DNA of 64,000 nucleotides from Bispira polyomma (Eukaryota): NCBI GenBank assembly GCA_965649765.1, contig OZ287757.1, positions 47,306,001 to 47,370,000 of the forward strand, read 5' to 3'. Shown piece by piece: positions 12,165 to 23,207 of this stretch (position 1 is its first letter; each line of letters starts with the position of its first letter). The notes under the pieces were generated by a model. It saw only the letters and a program-made list of their open reading frames with translations, ran no database searches and was not told where the DNA came from. The position numbers and the translations under genes were made by a program.

Positions 12165-12231
12165 ATGTATACATTTGGATGTAGACGATAGGGATTATAT
12201 ATCAGATAGTTTGCAATTTATCTCTCCGTGA
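12165..12231 (+). CDS. Secreted repeat/Cys-rich protein, copy 1, exon 5 (frameshift-truncated)
   Basis: Acceptor ttttgtgttgtgcag|; (I)CIHLDVDDRDYISDSLQFISP*; 8-nt deletion relative to copy 2; aataaa near 12353. Confidence 0.6.
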
Positions 12232-13339
12232 AAATTGTGACATTTAGAAGAACTACTTTCAGCCTGGCTACCGCTTGTCCAGTGAATACTAAAATTTAGC
12301 TGATAAAATATCTATAAGTATGCTGTATGTATGGCAACATAATGGCTGTGGTAATAAATGCTGTGTTTTGTGTCACTGTGATCGAGTTGTGAAACTGAAC
12401 AACTAGAACCCACCTATTTTTGTACCCTGAGTGTAACAATTGTCATCCAGAGAACAACTTTAATATGTTTTCAAAAAAGCAAAAACCTATAACCCCAAAT
12501 TGACAAGTTTAACCAGTGCTGTACATTTTTGAATTATTCGTTTGCTCAATTTCAGTTGTGTCGGTGCAAGCATTCAGGCTGCTCTGCCCCCAGGTGGAGA
12601 ACCCTAAGTCAACATGACTGATGTCTATTTAAACACTTGTCTAGTATAAGAGTATTATTTGTGCTTTTAAGTATGGTTTTAACCTGAGCTAACCAAAGAA
12701 AAAATATTTTATAGATACTCACTAAAGAATTTGACTCATATGGTATTTGATTTTATTATATTTGTTTCAAAATTGTAAAAGTGAAATATATTATAATCCT
12801 TTAATAAATAAACCATCTTACTATATTGTAGTTTTCTTTTGAATGGTGAAACTTTATACATACCGTTAAAAAGGAATTTCCACAATGGTAGATACTTGTC
12901 CAAAGATTTGAAAAATGTCAAATGACTTATCTGATGAACATTTTTGTGAAATTTGTTTGTGGTATCCACATATATGGCCTTATAAAAGTGACTTGGCTCT
13001 AAACCGTTTGTGCTGTGGCTATTGGAGTTAATAAAAGACATCCATTTTCAGACATTAAAAGCAGATCATTTTAATGTTTAGGCATAACTATATCATAGAA
13101 ATTATAGTTTGGATGGTCAAACAAATTACATATTAAAAGTCATATTTCAAGTAGATGTTTTAAAATTGTTGTTCGACCCTTTTCCAAGCAGATATAATGA
13201 AAACATGCTTATTTTAGCAAACCATTGGCAATAACCTTCATTAAATATACCTTGGAATAGTAATATTTGAGATTTTAGATAATTTTTACTTCCTGGTCAA
13301 AAGTCTGCTCCTAAACAAAATAATGGTGCACTATACTTT

Positions 13340-15940
13340 TTTCATTCAAATACAATCCATTGTCAACTTTTCAGCACACTTTCTATTTAAGATAGCAAGT
13401 ATTGATCATTATATTTGCTCTTTAGATACTGTTGGTACTCAAAAAAATTTAAGTATGCATTGTATCTTGCAAAATTAAGAATTTAAAATTTTGTTGTTAT
13501 ATAAACAACATTTATAGGAATATTAGGTATATCATATTCCCAAGTTCTAAAGATCCATGTACTAGGACTACAAGTAAACTTGATACTTACTGAATGACTC
13601 AACCAAGATTTGATATTACTCAAAAACAGCACACTTTTTTGGCACAAGACGAACAAGTGAAGATTTAGTTCTTCATGCCCATTATAGAGACAACACATAG
13701 CTGTTTGAGAATGTTTTATTTTATGCAAAAATGTATTTGTAAATAATCTGTATATTTATTTTATACTGAAACCTACTCAGTGAGTTATCCTTGATAAAAT
13801 GAAAACATATTTTATGTATAATTTTTCAGGTCCAAAGATATAATCAGATCATCTTTCCACTTATGGTGAGATCTGTTGTCACAGATACTATCAGTTCTCA
13901 TTATGTCATAACAATCTCTTGTTCCTGTTCAAGATTTGCAGAGTAGCGGGATATGGTTGTAATAAATAGGCCTTTGTCATATCTTTGGTGAAAGATCGTT
14001 AGTTTGAATGTACTTTTTTAAAGACGAACGCAACCTGTGGTATGTACTAAAGTCCACATGAGTAATGTAGTATAGAGTAATACTCTCCTTAGTCACAAAG
14101 TCAAACTCATTTGTGATAAGATCAAGTGAGGAAATGACTTCTTTGTTATATAACTTAGATATCAAACAGTTCAATTTTAAAATAGCAGAGAGGTCCAAAC
14201 GTTCTCTTATAGTCATTACTTTTTCTGGCCAAGTTTGATATAACACTGCAGACTATCAGAACATCCTTCCAAAACTTGTTGCTTATTATACGAGCTCTTA
14301 GTAAGAACCACTCAGACCCCAAGTAAAGTATTTTATTGACTGATCCAATACCACTGTGTGTTAACTGTATCCAGGGGGAGTCTTTGTTACAATATAAATA
14401 ACGGATTCATGATACTCAAAGCCCTTTGATCAAAAAGTTGACATTTATGATTTAAAACCTTCTTTCAAATACCCTTTTGACAATTGCTTTCGAATGACTT
14501 TATCTGGTTTGTCATCCCAGATAAATTTGTAAAATATAGTATTTATTTGTTAAATGAACTTAGTATCAGGGTTGGTATAGAAATAAAAAGATGATTTAAC
14601 TTGAGTAGCAATGAAGTTTTTATCGCTCTTAATTTACCAATAGGTATTAACTAGTATATTTTCCAGTATTTTGACGACTGTTTTATTTTGCTTTCTGCTT
14701 TGGGATGACTAAGATCATTTTGCTCAGATCAACTGAAAATGTTATTCCTAACAAATTAAATTGTTTCCCACTTCTTGTCATTTGAAAATCTTTTCATCCC
14801 TATTCATTTAGTTTTGTTTTGTCAGTGTTAACCTTTACTCCAAACAATGATCTATATATACGTATTTAATGCTACAAACAGAGAACCAATTGTACCATTC
14901 AGTATTATATTGGTGTCATCAGCAAATTGTGTTATCTTAGATACAGTGTCGCTTATAGTTATTTCTATAAAAAAAAGATTTTTGACTATAATAATCAATA
15001 TTTGTTGACATATAATAAATAAATAAGGTGCAATTGGGTCGACTTGTCGACAGCGCTTCTCAATGTTATGAAGTCTAACAGAACACCACAACAGCTGCCT
15101 TAATGTTTTTAATTGAACATTTGTATCCAGCTTAGCATACTGTCACCAAAACCAAGAAAGTTCACAACAGAGGATAAAAATTTCCAGAAAACAGAATCAA
15201 AAGCTTTTTCAAAGTCTATAAGTCCTATTATTTTGCTCTGTATAATACATTAAATTGAATATTAAGTGATCTTCCAAAGGTATTTTATAAAATTCTATCA
15301 GCGATGGCACTAGAACCATTTTTGTCAATAACAGAGAAACAGGTCACCAATTCTTTAAGAATTGTACTGGTTTATTACCATCTGGTAAACAGTTGATAAT
15401 CCATTACAGTAATGATGTTGACATTTCGCCACATTTGTAAGCATGGTTTAAGGCTCTAAGTACAAAATATTTTTGTTTACTCCAAAATACTTTAAAAAAT
15501 TCAGATAGGAATCCATCAATGCCAGGACATTTCCCACTTTATATTGCTTTTAGTGCAATACTCAATTCACTGATCTTTGAAGGGCCTTCATGTTCTGCTA
15601 GTTCATTTAGTGACAGTTTTGTAACATTATTTATGAATGAAGTGTCATTAAAATTTGGTTCAGAGAGAAATTTGTCATTATTTTAAAATAGCCTCTAAAT
15701 TTTTTTTTATTTCTTCAAGAATTTCTATTTAATCTGTCAAATTTTTACCATTCTGTTTTACGATAAGCTTTATGGTTTTTCGAGATAATTGGTGTTCCAA
15801 AGAACAGATTTGGATTTGGAAGGTTTCTCATCCACTTTTAGCCATTATACTCTATATCTGATGTAGATACCTTTTAATTTTTCTTCTCTTAATTCTTGTA
15901 ATTTCTTCTTTTTATCTTCAAATTGTGTACAATAAAATTT
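13340..15940 (-). mobile_element. Degenerate Tx1/L1-like LINE ORF2
   Basis: RCRQVDPIAPYLFIIC, KITQFADDT (RT catalytic motif) and a C-terminal Zn-finger remnant; many stops and frameshifts. Confidence 0.85.
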
Positions 15941-15989
15941 CAAGGTAAAGCTTATCATTTTCTGTTAAAAATAGGTCACATCAGTAAAC

Positions 15990-16680
15990 TCATTAAAGCT
16001 TATTAGAAGGTCCACTAAATCAAGATGAATTAGGTGTTGCCCTAAAACAGATGAAGAATAACAAAACTCCTGGAATGGATGGTTTTCCCTCAGAATTTGT
16101 TTAAATGTTTTGGAAAGATTTAAAACATTGTATACTTAAAGCTCTAAATTGCAGTTTTAAGAAAGGGACAATGCTCTTCGGCCCTTCGACAATGCACTAT
16201 TACTTGCCTTCCAAAGAAAGATAAAAATCGAGACATGATAAAAAACTGGCGTCCTTTATCAATGCTGTCTGTAGTTTATAAACTAGCATCTGCTACAATA
16301 GCAAACAGACTGAAACCATATCTTTGCTACTTAAAAAACAAAACTCAAAATGGCTTTGTACCTGGTAGATATATAGGTCAAAGTTCTAGATTAGTCTAGA
16401 AAATTTTGTATTACACAGAGGTATCTAAAACTCTGGGAATGTTAGTTCTGATAGTTCGATTCTTTATCTTGGTCTTTCATACATAAAATGTTACAGTACC
16501 TTGGCTTTAGGGATTCATTTATTAGTTGGATCAAATTATTTAATAAAAACATTAAGACAACTGTGATACAATGTGGATTGCTATCAGAATTTTTATATGT
16601 TGAGAGAGGCTGTAGACAGAGTGATCCTATTTCCCCTTATCTTTTTATTATAGCTACCCAAATACTGACAGTTTTATGAT
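15990..16680 (+). mobile_element. Tx1/L1-like LINE RT fragment (opposite orientation)
   Basis: MKNNKTPGMDGFPSEF, KNWRPLSMLSVVYKLAS..IANRLK, RGCRQSDPISPYLF. Confidence 0.85.
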
Positions 16681-18396
16681 TCACAAATACAGGCGTTTTT
16701 GTCTTTAATCAAATCAGTTAAATGTAATCATTTTAATCCACACACTTTATGTGAACTACAATTTCACTAAAACAAGATGCAGACAAAATGTTCAAACTAT
16801 ATAAAATGCAGTTTATGTTAATAAATACAATTTAAAAATCACATTTTAAGTATTGCATCAAATATACTTAATGTGAGGCGTTGTGTAAAATTTATTTGTT
16901 GAGAGGTATTTTGTATGTTTCTTACCTAAATATTTGAAATGTATAATGAAGATTGGAATAAAAAGAAATGCCATTAAACCTCTATGGTGGTATTTACAAA
17001 AGGGCTAAGTCTAGACATTGTCTTAAATCTGGCATTAATATACTAGATTAAAGACAAAGTCTAATCTCAGCTGGCAACTTATTCCACTCATATGGATAGG
17101 CAGCATAGGTAAATGCCTCCACCCAGCGGTATATGTGGTCGGGTGGAGGACACAGATAATCAGTTATCATGGGAGAGATTACTAGCTTGAATAAGGGAGC
17201 AAAGGTAGGGAGGTTGGCCTGAATGTATGGCCTTAAAAGGGAGTAGATTATACTTTAAAATTATTCAGTATTCCACAGGCAACCAATGGAGCTGTTTTAA
17301 ATAGCAAGTACTGTGGGTTCCACAGCCCATTTAAAGGACGGCTTCACCAAATGCATTTTGAAATTTTTACAGATTAGCCAGTTTGGCTCTTGCTGCTAAT
17401 TATACTGTGTCTTGTACAGAGAAGGCCATAACATACCAGTTCAGCACTCTGTCACCTGCAACAAGTTGATTTAAGTATTTCCAAGGCCCCAAGGCCCATA
17501 TAATACAACAGCCAAGATAAGGTCAAGGTTAGTGAAGTTAGTGATAAGAGAAGGGAGATGTGAAGCATTTACGTTATTATAATTGTGATCATGTATTGAT
17601 GATAATATCACAACACAAAAACTAACACATGATAATAATCAAACTACACTGTAACTGCATATAACAAGCCCCACCAGTGCTGAAGCACTGTAAACCACCG
17701 ATGTATGGCCAGTACCTGACAAACTTTCTCACGTGAAGAAGGAATCTGTGGGATTTGATCCCCAGAGGGGAGAGGCCAGTGATTTTAAAACCAGTCACTT
17801 ATAACCACTAGGCCACCACTACCACACATGGGAATACACATGCTAAGGCATTCAATTTATTTACATTCCACAGGGGAATCTGTTAACATTACCCTACAAT
17901 AAATGCTGGTCATTAAGCCATGTACTACTAGAAAAATGCATGATTACATAAAACATTTTTGATTGCATAATATGACTTCTTTTAACCATAAAACCATATA
18001 AACCCTGGCTCAAACTTGCGAATGTAAGGTATACTTCAAAAATGAAAGTAAACATAACTATACAAACTGACTATATACTCTGGCCCAGACACGACATCAC
18101 ACTACAACTCACTGCACGACACTGCAATTTGACTTAGCAGTGTCATTAGGTGGCCCTATATGTATTATGCAGTAAAAGTATTGTGGAAGGGAGGGGGCAG
18201 AAAGGTACATTTGTATATGGATTATGTTGTGTGGTGTTGTGTTTGGTGTGTATAGTGGCATGGCATCCCCTGTAGTGTCGTGTCGTGTTTGGTGTGTAAA
18301 TAACTGTCGTGCAGTGGCATGGCATCCCCTGTAGTGTAGTGTAGTGTCGTGTAGTCAGCGGTTTGTAAAGCCCTTTAGTCTACAGTACTAATTGTA

Positions 18397-18653
18397 TCAG
18401 ATTCTGACATAGACCTTATACTGGGGACCATCAGCCAGAGACAATTGTTTGAGAGTCACTTGGTCAGTACAGTATTTCACATTACAGTTGTTCACACAAT
18501 CTCCCAGATTAGCCCCATTTGCACCTAACCGACACACCTTGGCCAAACATTCTGCATCACTCTCTACAAACACAGTTCCCAAGTGCTCACAAATATACAA
18601 GACTTCTGGGTTGTCCTCGAAACCAGTCCTGAGCAGTTGAAACTGGCACTGTT
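18397..18653 (-). CDS. Terminal exon encoding a PAN/Apple-like Cys-rich domain, copy 1
   Basis: Strong acceptor ttttttttgtttatttacag|; phase 1; QCQFQLLRTG...YICEHLG...SDAECLAKVCRLGANGAN...CNVKYC...YKVYVRI*. Both differences from copy 2 are synonymous. The PAN call is by Cys pattern only. Confidence 0.7.
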
Positions 18654-18823
18654 CTGTAAATAAACAAAAAAAAACATTCTTGTGCATAGGTATGATTTGT
18701 GTGAGTAATCTCCAGTTTAGCATTTTCCGGGGCCTGTAGTTGACAAAAAGCAATTCAGCTTTTTTAGCGAATACGAACTGGAGCTAGTTCAAAATAGGAC
18801 CGTTAGACTAAGCAGGATGAGAC

Positions 18824-18881
18824 CAGCTGTAGAGGAGGACTCTGCCAGTGCAATGAGAATCAGCAAAATTAAGAGTTCCAT
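18824..18881 (-). CDS. Candidate signal-peptide exon for the PAN-like gene, copy 1
   Basis: gacATGG start; MELLILLILIALAESSSTA; the phase-1 donor G|gtctca is weak. Confidence 0.4.
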
Positions 18882-20414
18882 GTCGAGATGCCATTGTTAT
18901 AAGGAGAGTTTCACTTTATCAGTAAAGATATATCCAAAAAATGTGTCAGGTTATTGGTTTAGTTTTAGTTTTTTTTAATTTTATTTCTGTAACTAGAACA
19001 TCAACATATCTTGTATATCAGTAAGGATAAACAGAGCCAGACTTCCCAGTTCATATGAGCTCATGAGTAAATATACAAATTTAGCATGTAAGTTGAAAAA
19101 ATATTTGACCAAGTCACTATAAATATTTTCTATATTATTCAATAATAACAAGTCTGATTTTTTTTATTACCAACAAAAAGAAAAATTTGTAATGATGATA
19201 ATGACAAAAAAAAAATCTGTTATTTGGTACTTTTTGTACACTTAAAAAATACATAAATTCTATATTGTAGAATATTTATGGTCCAAACTTCTATTATCCA
19301 AATATTGAGATTGTTATGTACTGTCTATTATCTTCTCCCTGCAAAATTGATAAGTTCTTGTTACCACTTCAGTTTCATGAACAAAAATCCACACCTCTTG
19401 TAATATTTTCAGATAATAAATGTTTTAGCAACATTACACTGATAAAAAAACGATTACATCTTGTCAATTTTCCTGGTTCATGTGTTTAAATTGTATATCT
19501 ATATAAATTGTTTAAAATTGACTACATTTACTACAGGATTTGTTTTAATCTAATGCAAATTGCATAAGTTTCTCAATAAATGTATAAAATGTCTACTTTA
19601 TTTTCCTTGACTTCATTTTTATAACTGCAATGTAATTAGCACTACTGAAAAATATAAATTGTGAGGTACACTTTTTTGTCATTGATTTCTTGAAACTAAG
19701 TTAAACATTTCCGTCCACCATTTAGCAATTTCCATTAGCAATGTTTGCTTTAACACATCATCGGCATATACTGTAGTTTAATACTCGATATAATGAGCCA
19801 ATTAAATTGGTGTTTGCGATCTAAATGGCAAAACAAATATTTATTTGTAAAGATGTAAAATGTTCAAAGTAAATATTTAACATTACTTAGGACATTCATG
19901 TTTTGTTGTTGTTTTTTTGTTTTGTTTTTCTAAATTTATTTATTTATGTCATTGAAACTCACATATTTACTGGCAATTAATTGATCTTTAATCTTGAATC
20001 TTTTGTTTCCTAAATGTTGAGCACACTAAATGTTGATGCCAATGAATTAATTATTAGCCATGGCACTGTTTTTTCTAAATACATATGTATATACTAAGGA
20101 GTGGGGGCATCTGCTTTAAAGTTGGAACTGTTTTTTGTTGTCTTGTGTCTTTAAACATTATTTGTGTATTGACAATTGCCCACAGCTCTAGATCACAAAG
20201 GGGACCTTGTCCAACAATACAACAAGGCTGTGTACAATTGCAGTAAATATAACACTTACATGTACAAATTATTTATAATTATTTTTCAGAAAGACAATAG
20301 TACCATACAGATCCATTAATTGCTAGTAAATCTGTTCCAGTAATATATGACTACACAATGGGAAATAGTCCTTATCTTGGTCACCAAAAGAACCAGATGT
20401 AAACCATTACAGAT

Positions 20415-20734
20415 CTGGGGCTGTATTCACGAACAAGTGAAAAAAAATTTCACTTACTTTCCAAAGTAAGTAAATTTTTCCAAAGATTTCCTTAGAAGTG
20501 GTATTCACCAACAAGTGAAAAACTCCACTTAGTTAAGTTTTACTTAGAATCAAAGTTACCTTAGAAATCTAAGGTACCTTATCTGCTTACTTGAAATCTA
20601 ACTAAGTTTTATCTCCAAAGTAAGTAAGTTTTCTTTTGTGAATACCACTTAGATCTAAGTTAGTAAAATATAGCCACAATACTTGAAATCCAAGTTAAGA
20701 ATAGGATTTCGCTTGTTCCTGAATACGGCCCCAG
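20415..20734. mobile_element. MITE with ~28-bp TIRs (Harbinger-like ends)
   Basis: ctggggctgtattcacgaacaagtgaaa ... tttcgcttgttcctgaatacggccccag, with nested internal inverted repeats. Also at 49995-50314. Confidence 0.8.
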
Positions 20735-21391
20735 GTTATATCATTGTCACTTTTGTTACTCAAAAGAAAACATAGGTTTAGGTTATTGGTACATTTCTTC
20801 CCTCAAGTACTAGTTAACCCTTTTTTGACAGACAACCGGTATCGTTAACTATCCTTGTATACTCTACCTGAAGAGAGAGGATTGAGGATGACCATTTATC
20901 GATATCCCCAGTGTTTTAGTCACTGGGGACACTAACTTAATAACTGAGGACTGTTTTAAAGAGGACCTCCAAGTGACTGCCAGTATCTGTTTGCCCAAAG
21001 GCTGATATCAAACCCAGTTTAGAATCAATTGTGTTAGACACAGGCAAAATATCTATTGTGTAAAGATGATATTCATGTATTGTGTTCAATTTAGATTTAA
21101 CATTATAACAGGCATATCATAATGTGCAGCTAGTTCACTGATGGAACAAATCAGGACACGATACTTTGTCAAGTTTTTCTGCTGTGTACAACTACCAACC
21201 TCCAGCAAGTTTACTGCCAATTCTCCCACATACTAGGACGAGATTCTTACCCATGGCTGCAGCAGTGAGATTTCAGAATGTTACCACTACTTATAATGCT
21301 TAATTTTGTTGCATAATTTTGACCATGGAAGAAGTTATTATCCCGGAAATGCAAAAAACCAAATTCAATGTGTATAATAAACCATCATTAC

Positions 21392-21529
21392 CTTCAGTGT
21401 AGTTGTCACCAACAAAGCCTGGTGTACATCTATGATCCCTACAAGCTCCTGTGATTTGGTCACATGGTAAGACTTTAAAGTTTACTGAACATGACTGGCA
21501 CTTATGTTCAAATGTTTCGTCAGGGCATT
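21392..21529 (-). pseudogene. Decayed MEGF10/SREC-type EGF-like exon, copy 1
   Basis: CPDETFEHKCQSCSVNFKVLPCDQITGACRDHRCTPGFVGDNYTE; phase 1-1, 138 nt; donor AAG|gtaatg intact; acceptor reads aa; two expected Cys are replaced by F and Y. Confidence 0.7.
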
Positions 21530-21689
21530 TTGAAGTATTAAAAATGGTGTTTTAAAATAGTAAGTAAAGTTATCAGTTTAGCTAATTTTGTGTTTTAAAG
21601 TAACTTTCAACATGTCTTGCATTATATAACGATGTACAGTTCAGTGGTGGAGGTAAATCAGAACAGGGAAGTTGGTTAAGGTGTTCTGC

Positions 21690-21812
21690 TCTGCAAACTA
21701 CCGACCTTTACCAAATCCACTGCTAACTTTCCCACATACATGCCAGGGCAGAGATACAAACACAATTTCTAAGGTGGGAGGTGGGAGGTGTTACCACTAT
21801 GCCGAAACCGTC
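21690..21812 (-). mobile_element. tRNA-derived SINE remnant
   Basis: A-box-like ggcatagtggtaa on the minus strand; related pieces at ~17690-17825, 21180-21290, 26175-26260 and 51270-51395. Confidence 0.5.
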
Positions 21813-21872
21813 TAATGTATTGGGAAGGTGATCTATTTTCATTATTCTGCATGCATGTTTAGATTTCCCTAA

Positions 21873-23207
21873 TGTGGGGGTTCCACTATCAAGTACAATC
21901 GTGAAAATAGGCCCGATTTTGAAATTGGGGTGATCAGGCCGAAAAAAATCAATTAATTTAATATATTGGGCCGAAATGAAAATGTGGGACGACCTTCCAG
22001 ATCAAACTGATTGCGTCCCATTTTGATTGGACCACGATCCTAATCGCCCTTGATGTCGGGTTGTTGAGAATGCCAACAACATCCTTTATTGACCACAAAC
22101 ATTACGTTAATATTTGTTATATTACACAACATTTAAGAAGCCGCTGTAAGAACCAAGCACTGGAGCACCCAAATCCACAAGATGATCCGCTTTAGCCTGT
22201 GTAGCAGTTGGTGGGGGATCAATTGGGCAATGAAAAAACAAATTCATCTAGATGGGCGAAAGAGAGGGCAGTTCCATTACAAAATGATAGAATATGAAGT
22301 CTAACCTGAGCCTAACTACAATCCTGATTGACCTTGAAGTCGGGTTGTTGAAAATGCCGACAACATCCTTTATTGGCCACAAAAATTACGTTAACATGTT
22401 TTATATTACACAACATCTTAAGAAGCCGCTGTGGAAACCCAGCAGTGGAGCACGTAAATCCACAAGATGATCTGCTTGAGCTTGAGGAGCAGCTGGTGGT
22501 GGATCAATTGGGCGTTAAAAATAGAAATCCATCTAGACGGGCGAATGAGGGGGCAGTTCCATGGCAGAATTACAGAATAAGAAATCCAGCCTGAGCCTAA
22601 CCTGAGCCTGACCTGAGTCTGACCACCTGAGCCTGATGAGAGGTCAACCCTGGGTATCTGCAGTCTCGTTGAATCTTACTATGTGTGGAAAATGTCCTAT
22701 GTCTGAAAGTCTGGAAATCACCCTCATCTAGCTTCTCTGCTTCTGCAGCCAAATACTGGAAAAAACGCTGCTCTGTTGGACTGTGGTTTCTCGGGCTTTT
22801 GTGTCTCGACCATGACAGGGTGAAGATGATCTGTGACTACTTCTAAGACTGGTCTTAGTGGCGCTGTCTCCACCAATGTTCAAAGCACCTAGACAGACAG
22901 TAGATCTTGTTCTGTCTGTGTGGCGAGTTCGAAGCAAACTCCCCTACGGACATGTGCTAGAACAGGCCTGGAGTGCAAAAAGACCTATCCGACAGAACGT
23001 ATTGACAATACGAACAATTATATTCCGCAATATGTTTTTAAGGTTAAGGGAGCTAGTCCAGCAAACTTTTGGAAAATATCAAACATGTTTGATCTTCTTA
23101 CCTACCACCGTGTTCGCCCCGTTTTGGTCTCCCAAACTATACAAACCCGCCTCGGACTTCAAAATCGGGAAGGTTGGGGACAAAATCGTCAATGTGGAAC
23201 TTCCACA
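21873..23207 (+). mobile_element. Internally deleted Harbinger/PIF-like transposon
   Basis: TIRs taa|tgtgggggttccac ... gtggaacttccaca|tta; transposase C-terminal motifs RVVENA, ITLTCFILHNILR and EGAVPWQ. Confidence 0.8.

Larger units (their letters stand above)
573..22933 (+). repeat. Tandem segmental duplication unit, copy 1
   Basis: gcaaactc(g/c)cctacggacatgtgctag recurs at 573, 22934 and 52517; the downstream ORFs recur in the same order. Confidence 0.95.
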
